From positions 248,001 through 312,000 of the forward strand of contig NIVC01000195.1 of NCBI GenBank assembly GCA_002269645.1: a stretch of DNA of 64,000 nucleotides, in the 5' to 3' direction. The notes beneath the pieces were generated by a model. That model saw only the letters and a list, made by a program, of their open reading frames with translations, did no database searches and was not told the DNA's origin. The DNA comes from Macrostomum lignano (lineage: Eukaryota). Made by a program: the position numbers and the translations under genes. Below, piece after piece: positions 45,259 through 57,300 of this stretch. Each line of letters starts with the position of its first letter. Within the stretch, counting starts at the first letter, position 1.

Positions 45259-45771
45259 TGCTCAAGTTCATAAGGTCGAATGTTTACATATATTATTGAA
45301 ATTAGATACTTCTGAGCTGGCAAATGTGACTTTTCGATTATGTGAAGATCGACTTTGCTATTACATTTCGAGCCCGTTGAAAGTGACACATTTAGTTTTT
45401 TAATTTTAAATTTTAGACTCACATAGGACTTGCATGTACAGAGCGACACAAATTACTCAAAACTTTAATTGCATATAATGCAGAATTCTATTGTACATCA
45501 TGCAGCCATGGGCGAAAAAAACATTGCGGTTATTCTCTGTATTTAAATAAAATACGCGTGCTACCTCTGTGGGATCAGCTGCTTTCGGAATGTGCTACGT
45601 TTGTGCAGTTGCAGTTCGCCATCGTGGCATTGTTCTACTCTCTGGACCTGGGCTGCTAGTAGCTTATGGCGCCACCCGCCCACAGTGATGCTTAATAATC
45701 ATAATATTTTTAATTTCTCGAACAATTGCACCGGCATCTCCCACACTCCCAGATCATCCTGATTTCGAGGA

Positions 45772-46557
45772 TCAGATGTCGGGCAGCATCCCCACGGCAC
45801 GCTGCCACGGGTTCCAGCCGCTGAAATTCGCCATGGAGAGGCCGCCAACGCTGCTGTCGCTTCCAAAGCCGCAGCACATCTCGGAGCCGCCGCCACCGCC
45901 ACCGCTGTCGCTCTGAAAGCCGCAGCACATCTCGGAGCCACCGCCACCGCTGTCTCCGTTACTGTCGCTCTGAAAGCCGCAGCACATCTCGGAGCCGCCA
46001 CCACCGCCACCGCTGTCTCCGTTACTGTCGCTCTGAAAGCCGCAGCACATCTCGGAGCCGCCGCCCTCGCATTCGCCGTTCGAGCAGATGGGCTGCAAGC
46101 CGAACTGCATGTCGCTTGATGCCATCGATATCTGCAACGGCCAGCCGCCGGCCTGCATGCCATCCGTTTCGCCAGACTGCGCCATTCCGCAGCAGCCCAG
46201 TGCGCTGCACATTCCGCCGCCACCACCAAAAATCTCGTTATCGTCCGGCTGTTCCGGCTGTTCCGGCTGCGGCTGGAACAACTGCATCATAAGAAAGTCG
46301 TTTGGTGCCAACAAATTCACCAGTGGCTGCTCCTGTTGCTGCTGCTGCTGCTGAAACTGCTCCATCAGATCCTGCTGCTGACAGTCAGAGCTGTAAAGCT
46401 GCTGTGGGAACATGAGCTCGGGATTTACAGAGTATGGCTGCATTGCCGCCGATCCGCAGCCGTCGTCATAGTTATCTCCGTCACAGCCACTTGCGTTGCA
46501 AGCTTCGTTGCCGCATTGAAAGCTCATTCCCAGATTGTAGCTCCAGGGCTGTTGCAT
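45772..46557 (-). CDS. Orphan single-exon Gln/Gly/Cys/Met-rich protein, 261 aa, with 4x GGGSEMCCGF(Q/G)SDS repeats
   Basis: ATG-to-stop ORF, GC-rich against AT-rich flanks; ATTAAA ~60 nt downstream; no recognisable domain. Confidence 0.45.
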   Translation of the reverse strand: MQQPWSYNLGMSFQCGNEACNASGCDGDNYDDGCGSAAMQPYSVNPELMFPQQLYSSDCQQQDLMEQFQQQQQQQEQPLVNLLAPNDFLMMQLFQPQPEQPEQPDDNEIFGGGGGMCSALGCCGMAQSGETDGMQAGGWPLQISMASSDMQFGLQPICSNGECEGGGSEMCCGFQSDSNGDSGGGGGGSEMCCGFQSDSNGDSGGGGSEMCCGFQSDSGGGGGGSEMCCGFGSDSSVGGLSMANFSGWNPWQRAVGMLPDI

Positions 46558-47680
46558 TTCGTCGGCTGTTTAATTATGTTGCACTATCAACCAGCAGCGT
46601 TTATTTGTTAGTTTTTAAGCAGACTTTAAGCAGAGCAATAATATTATTGTTGATCAATAGAGACGATCGCGTAGAACAGGAAATGATCGGACTTGACCAT
46701 AGACTATCCGTAGATTAAGGCTATGCTTGCCCATGTTTCTTAGAAAATGAGGCCGGTTTTTGCCGAAAAATACACTGACGGAAATAGAAACTCTTTCACT
46801 TCTTTCACATTAAAACTGTTAATTATTTCTTTCGATAGGAGGCAGACCCAATGTTCATCTTTTGATATGTTTTGCCTTTCTTAGCTTGTATAGCTCTATT
46901 GATATTCATAATTCATAAAGCTTTTTGTTAAAAAAACGATTCTATGTTAAATTCTTGTTTTACGTACAATCGCATATTTCTTGGGCCTATAAAAACCATT
47001 AAAATGGCACGGCTCGGCTCCTTTAATTGGTCCAATGAATCTATTTTATATAACTCAATTTAGTTCAATTTTTGCGGCTGGAACTAAATTTATAAGCATG
47101 GAAGCGCGGAATGCAACGGTTCTGAGCTTCGAATTCAGCTTTTTGCATTCGAGACTTTGAGACCTAAGCATTCTCTCTCTTTTAAGATGTAAAGTTCTCT
47201 CAAAACACCATTGTTTCGAATTATACAAAAATGCACAACTCATGCAACGTAGCAAAAATCTGCGATGCACACGGCAATTGCCAAATCACCTCGCCAAAGC
47301 CTGCAGGCCTCAGACAAGCTCCAGTGATCAGCTATTTTATTACGTTTGGGGTGTTCTGGATCTTCTGGACTGTCCTCACTACTATGGCTCTGTGAATAAC
47401 AATTCATTTCTCAATGTATATGTAAACCAAATAACTAAAGCGGCGGATTCAACGAAATTTTCGGGAGGATGCAAACACGAGATACATTGAGCTTCGAATT
47501 TGTCTTAACTTACAGACCGTTGTATTCTCAGTGATATTAACTTACAAAATATAAAATAAGAGCGTTTGAATCGGTCAGAACTTTTTCACTCGGAGTGAAT
47601 GTGGCAGGTGGCTGCCCCTGCATGATTACTTCGGTTTATTACTAACTGGCGAAAATTTAATTATTTTTAATATCTCAAAT

Positions 47681-48343
47681 TGTTTACGTGCGGGGTTAAC
47701 TATTTTCCAATCCCGGAACTATTTTTCCCTCCCCGGGACGTGTTTCGTCAGTTTCCCCCGTCCCGTTTCGTTTTTGTCGCTCTCCCCTCGCTGGATTTTT
47801 CGTTTTCCCTGCGTTGCCTAGTCTGTTTTTCCCCTTCTCCCCTTTGCTTTTTGGGCGTCCATCTGCTGTTATTCCTTTTCGGGCACTTTTTTTTCGTTTG
47901 TTCCAAGCGATGTTATCCCGGTTGTGCCCTACTTAAAATTTAATTTTTGCGTGAATTTTTAAATTTTCTTTTCTCCCGGCCCTTACCACCCTTTTTCGCG
48001 CTGCTCATCTACTTTGCTTTAATTTAGGGGTCTTCGTTTTATTTTGTTCTGTGCTGGTGTGTTTAAGCCTCTGACCCAGCCTATTTATCCAGTAGCTTAG
48101 CACCGCGGTTTCGCCGAATTAAGCTCGCGTAGTGATTATAATATACTTCTATTTTCCTAGCCTTGCTTAACAACTAATTATAAATAAACACGAACTAGTA
48201 ATCGCCTAGTATTTATTCGTTGACTAATCCAGCCATAGCATATCTTGAGTCATTTGCCCACGGGGCGTAAAACAAAGTTCTTAACTCAAGAAAGCTCTGA
48301 GACTTAATCGTTCCGTTAATACGTAAATTACGGTGGTGGCAGC
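47681..48343 (+). mobile_element. Probable LTR remnant with tRNA-Leu-type primer binding site
   Basis: Starts TGT, has AATAAA at 48183, and ends ...ATTACG followed by TGGTGGCAGC (48334-48343), the same PBS core as the Gypsy element at 61374. No intact gag follows. Confidence 0.35.
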
Positions 48344-49183
48344 TCTTACCCTACTGAAAGTAACTAGCTCGACAAATTGACGCATTAATCTACGGTGACA
48401 AATCTCCGGTGTCTACCATTTGAACGACCGTGCCGCTAACGACCGCTCAGCTACGATTACGACTACCCTCCCCCCGGACTTGAGGACCCGACAGTCGGAG
48501 TAAAACAGGAGAAGAAAATTCCGTTGTGATTCGTCTGTGCGATTTTTCCGGTTTTTATTCGTGCGAACGCAACGCCAACAGGTTTCGAAGAAGCAGAATT
48601 TTCAAATCACCCCACTTACCGTCGATCACCAGAATTACTACTTTTTCTCCGCCCCCACCTCATGAACTTAAAAGGGAGAAATTCAGAAAAACGCGCGGAC
48701 CAGTGGCAATCACGTCAGTCAGGTACTGCGTCTGCGATCCGTCTGAAAAAATCTCTGCCTGTTCCGCCATGTACCACTTTATAATTTCATATGTAGGTAA
48801 ATGTAATATTCTTCTATGTACTGCGGGAAACTCCACATTGAATAGGCTTAAGAACTCAAGTTGAGTTTAGTGTGGGAAATTCTGCATTGAATCCCGCATA
48901 GAATTCCGCATTGAATGGGCTTTAGAATATAAATGATTAGGCTATTATTAAAAAAACTAAAAAAGAATATAATTAAGTTTGTTTACAATGTATAATATAT
49001 TAAAAGGCTTCAATAAGTTTTGTGCAAAAAATCTGCATTGAATCCCACATTAAATTCCGCATTGAAATGTGCAACACATATAAATGTGGTAATTGATGCG
49101 GTTTTTACCATGTGAACCAAAGTTGTATATACTACGTCTATATGAGCAGTACTATAGTATCAACATACAGTATATAGGCCAGG

Positions 49184-50158
49184 CCATAGTCAGGAAGGTG
49201 GCAAGTGCATGCGGGAATCAATTTATGGAAAAATCCTTGGTGCACGCCAATGTACACCAATTTTTTAAAACCCTTAACATGACGTTTCTGTTGCACACCA
49301 AAAATCTTGAATACCAAAAATCATGTACGCCTCATGTACGTGTGATTTGAATATTAACCGTATTGGATACTATTTTTAAATAAATTTTCTACTTACGTTA
49401 AACAAAGTTTATATAAAAAAGGAAATTCACTACAAAGAACATAGTGAGTATCAAAAACTTTTTCCTTGCATTTCAAGAAACAAATAAACTAAAAGTCTAC
49501 AAAAGTCACAAAATAAGAGCGTTTAAAAGTTATTGGATATTTTAATTTTAATGTAGGCTGTAGAGTGTAGGCCTGGCTGTAGGCTAGGCTGTAGCCTCAA
49601 CTAGTTGGTTTAATCAATATTCAAATTCAATTGTTCACATTTAACTTTATATATTGTATATATATAGTGTATACATCTATATCTGACTTATTGATATACT
49701 GTCAGTTTGTAATTGTATGCCAAGGTTACACGCCAAGTAAAAAACTTGTACACTGAAAATTTAGGTGTGGCTTGAGACCCCTATTTGCACGCCAAATTTG
49801 CACGCCAAAACTTTAGCGTGGCTTGTGCACACCCTGATTGCAGCGCATGGGCATTTTCGCGGACGGCGTCCGGCGCGGATCTAATACGGCGCGGCGCGGC
49901 GTGTACGGCGCGCGGCGATTAGTACGGCGCGGCGCGGTACTAATTAGATGCCGAGGCATTTAGGCTTGATAAGACAGTCATAGTTACTCCTGCCGTTTAC
50001 CCAAAACTGCGTTAATTTTGCTTTAGGGTTTCTTTCACAGGTAAGTCATTTCACAGCGTGGCGCAGGTTGTGTAGGCGTCTGGCGTACTTAAGCCATGCG
50101 CTGCAATAGGGGTGCACACGGGAAAATTCCTGCGTGTAGGCCACCTTCCTGAGTATGG
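49184..50158. mobile_element. 975-bp MITE with 19-bp TIRs and 8-bp TSD, carrying a 28S-like fragment
   Basis: TIRs CCATAGTCAGGAAGGTGGC / GCCACCTTCCTGAGTATGG (18/19 match); perfect TSD AGGCCAGG at 49176-49183 and 50159-50166. Confidence 0.88.
49932..50002 (-). pseudogene. Diverged 28S (LSU) rRNA fragment covering helix 69-71 and the R2 target region
   Basis: Minus strand GGGTAAACGGCAGGAGTAACTATGACTGTCTTATCAAGCCTAAATGCCTCGGCATCTAATTAG versus the conserved eukaryotic GGGTAAACGGCGGGAGTAACTATGACTCTCTTAAGGTAGCCAAATGCCTCGTCATCTAATTAG; weaker similarity extends to ~50065. Confidence 0.8.
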
Positions 50159-50687
50159 AGGCCAGGTTGCCATCATAAACCCAAAAAATCAAAACTCCTA
50201 AGGCACTTACTATCAAGTATCATAAACCCAAAATAAAAAAATAGCAATGCCCATCGTAAACCCAAAATATCATAATTCCAAAAACCAAAATAGTGTTGGA
50301 CATTGCTAGAACCTTCAGATTTATAATATTTTAAGATAATTGGGCCAAATTATTTGGGTTTGTAATTTTCTGGTTTATAATGTGCATTGCAAACAATTTT
50401 GGAGTTATGATATTTTGGGTTTATAATATTTTAGGTTTATAATAGAAAGTGCTTTTTGGAGCTATGATTTTTTAGATTTGTGATGCCTTTTTCCCTATAG
50501 GCCTAGTTGTCATTAACCTATTTTAGTCTATATTTTATTTAGCTTTTCTTAAAAAATGATATATTCTTAGTAAACTCACATTGGACCTAGTTAATAAAAG
50601 CTAGGCCTATGATCATGCAATATACAAATTGCTATTAGTAATCTTTACTTACAAATACTAGAAGAATAACTAGATAAGCCATTTAGT

Positions 50688-51372
50688 TAGGTGTCACAAT
50701 CCTGGGATCCTGGGATTTAGTGCTTTTTCTGGGATCCCGGGATCCCAAGATTCACAGGGTCAGGATTCAATCCCAAAATGTTAATGCTACATTTTTATAA
50801 TGTAAGGTAGTTAGTTCAAATATGGAATATACACGCATACATGTCCATTCTCCGTTGCCCACTTTGTAAGGTCTTTAATGTTGTTTGAGTTGAGTCTTGT
50901 TTAAATCATTTAACGTTGAGATTTGATTTTAAAGTTTGAACTTATAGGACACGTGAATCTAGACTCCAGACTGACAAGTGACAACGTGAATGCCCAGGTG
51001 GTAGTAGGTTGTGACTTGTATTGTGACTGTGAGTCCTTGTGAGTCCTTGTGACTTTTTGAGTGTGTCTCATGCCATGGGCCAACAACTCTATGACCATGT
51101 CCACCAGTCATATGCATTTGTTTTGCAATGTGCATACTGCTAGTGCTACTACATAGTATGTAATACATGTATATACATTTATTACTTGCAACTTGCAGAT
51201 GTTCTCACGCTAGTCACATGATAAAAAAGTAATTCGCAGCCTTGTTATAACATTATAACAATGTTAGGACAAGGATGGTATTGGAAAAATATTAATCCTG
51301 GGATCCTGGGATTTGACATTTCCTAATCCTGGGATCCTACGATTGACAGAATCCAGGATTTTGTGACCCTTA
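50688..51372. mobile_element. hAT-like MITE, 685 bp
   Basis: Imperfect TIRs TAGGTGTCACAATCCTGG / CCAGGATTTTGTGACCCTTA; subterminal GGGATCC(C/T)GGGAT repeats at both ends; flanks CATTTAGT / TATTTAGT (7/8, 8-bp TSD). Confidence 0.7.
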
Positions 51373-53924
51373 TATTTAGTATATTTTTATGTAAGCTAAG
51401 TCAAGGCTAATTTTATTGGCTTTTAACCCTTACTTTAGCTTTCTACTCCCTAATCTTACATATACACTAGAAAATTCTAGCATGCAATGGACCCAAAATG
51501 GTAAGTGTAGAGTATTCAGTATACAAAACAATCTGCCAGAAAATTGCGCTGCAGAGCTGGCATATGTCATAGCTGTTGTTATAAGACCAAATATCATAAT
51601 GCAATAAAGTGTCTTGTATTGATGCAACACAAAAAAGGTCATTTATTGTTGTAACACAAAAAAGGTCCATTTATTGTTGCAATGCTTTTTTAATAATGTC
51701 CAGCATATAGATCACGAGTAAATTTGTTTTTTTCTGGCATAAATTTGAATTTATGGCTTAGGGGGTCATTTTTTAGTATACTGTGTAATAGATTTGAGAG
51801 TATGGCCTTAGTTTTAACCTTCCAACCACACATTTCCATACTATCTCTTTATTCACCTCAATTTTTATTGTCTTTTAGAATCTAAATTTTAGCCTAAAGT
51901 TACTATGTATATCTTAGAAAACTGGCTAATGTATATTAGGCTAATGAATTAGCAAGTTATAAATGCCTACAAGTTTGGGCTTCTAAACTTATCAGTCATT
52001 TTAGCTATCTTTATTTTATGAAATAGCTTATGTATTTTTCTATGCTACTGAACTAAAAGTAAAAAGCAGTATCTATGCCTTTATCTTTGCAATATTTATA
52101 GCTTTTATAATATATCTATATTGTACTTATAGGCTTATAATTGCTAGCTTTGCTATATGTATGAATATATCCAATGTGATTATAGATTTTAGTATAGGCC
52201 TGTGACATGTTACAGCTTATAGACTCATATTGACTATATTATTAGAATTATTAGTTAATAGAATAGTAGATGACAAATATCTAAACCACAATTTATTGAC
52301 ATAATGCAAGGCTAGAGACAATAGAGGCAACTTTTAAAAACAAAATTGTGAAATTCAATAAGTTAATTAATTAGCTTAATGAAAAGAAAAATTACCACAT
52401 TTATATATATAGAATACATAAAATATATCTAAGAAAGTTAGTAATTAAGTTTTAGTAATTTAGTAAATCATGTAATATCCTATGAGCATTAAGTGCTAAA
52501 GATTAAATATAAGCATTAAATTTTACAAATTGATAATGTACATTTTTAGAGATCATATATACAGTAATATAATTAATATATTAAGATTTATTATATTTAG
52601 ATTATGGACAAGCATGCAAGCATACAAACAAACCTTAGAGATTTAGTATATTTAGATATAGGGTATATAATTATATATAAAATATATAATAAAGATTTTT
52701 TAAGATTTTTTGTTTTAAGTTTTAAATTTTTTGTTACCAAACAAGAATATGTTGCTATCTTAAAAGCTAAGGTTCTTGTATAGGCCTAGCCAATGTAATA
52801 TAATATAACAATTTATTGAATATAACATTGTTCAACAATACAAAAGAAGGCAATTACAATTTTATTTTATTTAGTATAATAAATCTGTCCTTAAGAAAAC
52901 TTTGGCAAATGGAATCTGGGTTAAAAGCATAATGGCCCAAGGATATAAGGAGTCTCATTATGTGGCAATCATATACTTAGTTGTTATACTACCAACTTTT
53001 CTATTTGCATTGGCACTTTCAAAATTCACTTTAGTACATACATTGTCAATTGGTCAATCTAGGTATAATATTATGTATGAGACTATCTAACCTAGCATGA
53101 TGCTTATATAGGCCTAGTTTATATCTCTATATATTTATAAATCTTGTAAATTACTAATTTTATCCTTATAATTTTCAGAATATAAAAAATCAATAGTCTA
53201 CAAAATCCTAGACTTCTACTCAGTACAAGTGTACTTGCTGCCCAATAGCATGACAGAGAAAGGTAAGGCTTGTTCATATTGTTTTAACTTTTGATGTATA
53301 CAGCATGTTCCTTACTTAAAGCAGGTAGTGTTGAACTCCCATTTTGTTTTCACCTTTGTGTAGAATAAAAATCGATTTGACCAATGATTATTTTATTGCC
53401 TAGTTTTGGAATGCCATGTGTTATTCTTTCCACTACAGTTCTGCCCTTCTTGGTTTTCAAAGATTGCTACGGACCTCTTTAACTGGTAATGATTGAATTC
53501 AAAGTGGCTTTCATATTTCACCTGGCTATGCAATGCCTCCTAACCAAATTTGTATTCTAGTGGCATTGATTAGCCTCAATATAAGTTAGAGAAGTGTGTA
53601 TCTTCTACTTTTAAATAGTATTCAAAAGGTTTTGCATTACTGTAAGAATAGCAATTGCTTTTATACTGTCCTGAACTGTCTAACTTTCTATAATATTAGG
53701 TTCTAACTACAATGTTGATGAGTTTGGTGATTGTCACTATTGAGCAACATGGTGCAATATTCTTGCTGTGCTAACCCTTGCAATGCTGTGGTACATGCAT
53801 TACTTATATAATTGGCTCTCCTGTCTTTTGACTTGGTGATGCAGATGGTCTAATCAAATCAGGATTGATTTCGTGTTCCCTGGCTTAAGGCAACTTCACC
53901 AGATCGTGGCTCCCAAAATTTGAT

Positions 53925-54227
53925 TGGTTTGATGAAGGATGCTGGTTTACTCCATAATTTGATAGGTTTAATGAAAGATGCTGGATCCCTCTATAATTTT
54001 ACTGAAGAATTTGATGAAGGAGGCTGGCTCACCCTATAATTTGATTGGGTTGATGAAGGATGCTGGCTCCCTCCATAATTTGATTGATTTGGTGAAAGAG
54101 GCTGGATCCCTTCATAATTTGATTGGTTTGATGAAGTATGCTGGCTCCCTCCATAATTTGATTGATTTGGTGAAAGAGGCTGGATCCCTTCATAATTTGA
54201 TTGGTTTGATGAAGGAGGCTGGATCAT
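53925..54227. repeat. 39-bp minisatellite, ~7.5 copies
   Basis: Unit GATGAAGGATGCTGGCTCCCTCCATAATTTGATTGGTTT. Confidence 0.85.
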
Positions 54228-54320
54228 TGTAATATCGATATTGCTTCCGTTCTTCTGTAATTCTAGGCCCGGGGCCAGGATTTTGATCAATTAAGCATTA
54301 CTTGCCGGTGGCTGGTTGCT

Positions 54321-57300
54321 ATGCGTAAAAAGAGTAACTTAAGCTATCAATCAGCAGCTGCTCGTCGGATTAAGATGAAGAGAAGGCTTAGTCAAGCTGC
54401 GGGCGCACAGCTCGGGTTGCCTGATAGCGCAGACGGCTCAGTGCTGCTCCCAGCTGGTCGCAGTGAGTTTCCTGTCTCTCAGTTAAGATTCCACTGTTCT
54501 CTGTTCTGTAGCTAATTTTACCTGAATGGTTGAGCTGCCATGTTTGAATTCAGTTTGCTGCTTTTTTGTTTTTTCCTGAGGGTCAATTGGTCACATTATG
54601 AGCAGTCGATAGGTGCTGATTTATTAGCGCGCTGGCCCGCCCGCAGAGGAGGGCGGCGTTCCGACGAAGATTCGGATCAAGCTTGGCAGCAACCCAGCCG
54701 TTGTTGGAATGCCGGCATGCCAGGATTCCGACGGCAGCGGCAGCTCCGACTCGGCGGCCAACCAGCGGGTCCGCTCCACCAGCAGCCGGAAGCGCCGGAT
54801 CGAGTCCTCCTCCTCCGCCTCCGACAGCGAGCAGCCCTCGGCTGCGCCGCCCGCGAAAGCGACAACCAGCGGCGCGGCAGCGACAGCGGTTGCAGCTGCG
54901 GCTGCTCCCTCCACGAAGCCGAAAAACAGCAATAAGGCTGGCGGCGGCCGCGCCGCGCAGTTGGCGGCCGCAAAAGCCCGGGCAGTGCGGCTGGCCCCGT
55001 TGGCCCGGGTTCGCCTCCGGCGGGTCACCGCCCTGCTGGAAGTGGAGCCCGACCGCGGCCTGCAGCTGCGCGTCAAAGCCGCCGCATTCCAGCGCTACCT
55101 GGACGAGCGGCTGGCTGAGCGGCTGGCCCGCGACGACCTGCCGGATCAGGAGGACGCGGCCAGCTGCGAAGGCAGCGGCGCCGGGCCCAGCAGCGGCCGC
55201 TCCGTCCGCCGTTCTGCCCGACGTCGGGCGCGGCCGACCTACTTCAGCTACGTGGACAGCTCGGAGGAGGACAACGATGACAACAAAGACAGCGACTTCG
55301 AGCTGCACAGGTCCAGCCTTGGCGAGGGCGGCGAGGCTATCGACTCCAGTGATAAGTGAGCCCCACCTGTTGATTCCGGCTCTCTTAGAGTGGGTCGCTT
55401 TCACCAGCTCAAAACTCCGCATCGTATTCATAGGGCCTTTTCATATTACCAATTCCAGAACCAGAATCGCAAAGCCGTAACAACCTAACTAATTACAATT
55501 TGTCACTTTCTTCTTGGCGATTGTCATTCAATAATAAAAACTTTATAGCACGTATCTCCCTCTAGTTATGGAGACAAAAAGTTATACTTCACAAATTGGT
55601 TCTGGTTCTGGAACCAGAGCAAGCAATATGAAAAGGCCCATAGAAACGTCTTGTCGGTCACATTCAGCAGCTCGAAAACCAAAGCAATCGTAACTCGCAC
55701 CCAGAGAGGGCAGTTAAAAAAGCAAATAATAGAAACAGCAAACTTTCCAGTCCACACTTCCAGAAATGGTGAAGAGATTAATGGTGAGCTTGTGAAGTTG
55801 CGAGCTTGTGAAATGCTCCCCTTAGAGTTCGAATCTGGGATTGAGCCCCGCCTGCCGGTTCCTGCATGCACTTTTCCGATGGGCCTGGGCTTTGTCTTCT
55901 AGTGCAGTACACGCCCGTGAGGACCAGCCAACCCCAAGATAGAGAGACTTAATGATTGCTTGTCTATTCATTGCTCTGCGGCAGCAGCTAAGTCCTTGCT
56001 ACCTGTGCGATGACAAGCACGAAGCACCTGATTCTCCTTGACTCGCCGTTCTAGGAAGCGTAACCGCTCGTCTTCAAAGCTGCCGGCCCTTCAGCCGAAG
56101 CCGCCAGGCGGGCAGGTGTCAGTGGCCGACCTGCAAGGATCCGTGTTCCCCTGCCTGCGCTCCGCCTCCATGCTGGAGGCCTTCAACTACTGCGCCCAGC
56201 ACGGCCTGGTCATGCAGCTGCACAGCAGGCAGCCGCCCGCCATGACTGACGAAGACGTTATTGACCTGCTGCTCAGGACTTACCAGTACCAGTGAGCTCT
56301 CAGTGTAACCAGCTGACAGACCCTATTCATGGGCGTCTCACACATATCTCATTATAGCTCACCGTGGACGCAGCCCATCCTCAATGTGGCAGCCCCCCCA
56401 CCCCCCAATATCAGACCACAGCCCAGTCCCCCCAATATCAGACCACAGCCCAATTTCCACAATATCAAGCCGCAGCCCAGTCCCCCCCCATATCAGACCG
56501 CAGCCCAGTCCCCCCCAATATCAGACCACAGCCCAGTTCCCCCAATATCAGGTCGCAGCCCTGCCCCCCCCCCCCCCAATATCAGGTCGCAGCCCAGTCG
56601 TCGTCCCCCGATATCAGGCCGCAGCCCAGTCCCCCCCCCCAATATCAGGCCGCAGCCCAGTCGTCGTCCCCAATATCAGGCCGCAGCCCAGTCCCCCCCC
56701 CCCCCCAATATCAGGCCGCAGCCCAGTCGTCGTCCTCAATATCAGGCCGCAGCCCAGTCCCCCCCCCCCTAATATCAGGCCGCAGCCCCCCCCCCCAATA
56801 TCAGGCCGCAGCCCAGCCCCCCCCCCCAATATCAGGCCGCAGCCCAGTCCCCCCACCCCAATATCAGGCCGCAGCCCAGTCCCCCCACCCCAATATCAGG
56901 CCGCAGCCCAGTCCCCCCACCCCAATATCAGGCCGCAGCCCAGTCCCCCCCATATCAGGCCGCAGCCCAGTCCCCCCAATATCAGGCCGCATCCCTGTCC
57001 CCCCCCCCATTATCAGGCCGCAGCCGTCTCTAAGCGCACCTTCGCCCCCGCAGATCCTGGCTGGACTCGCTGGGCATCGCTGACGCCAGTATCGCACTAA
57101 GCGTGGAGTCCAGCCTCCTCACGGAGATGGAGAAGCTGTACCATAGCCCTAAGTACGCCCCCACTGGCCACCTGCCGAGCAATTTCTTCGCCTGCGGCCT
57201 CTGCCCGCAGCCAAACAACGTGTTCGAGTACTTCTGCGACTGGGAGCAGCACTTGTTTCGGGAGCACCGGGCAATCAGGTGAGCCGCTTGACTTCACACT

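Noticed and set aside
49932-50002. Functional or mitochondrial/bacterial rRNA gene
   Set aside because: Only ~70-130 bp, nuclear-28S type, with non-compensated helix 69 changes.
55566-55902. Open frame in ZnF intron 2 as an extra exon
   Set aside because: Exons 55355 and 56055 already join in phase, codon usage is AT-richer and there is no matching-phase donor; at most an alternative terminal exon.
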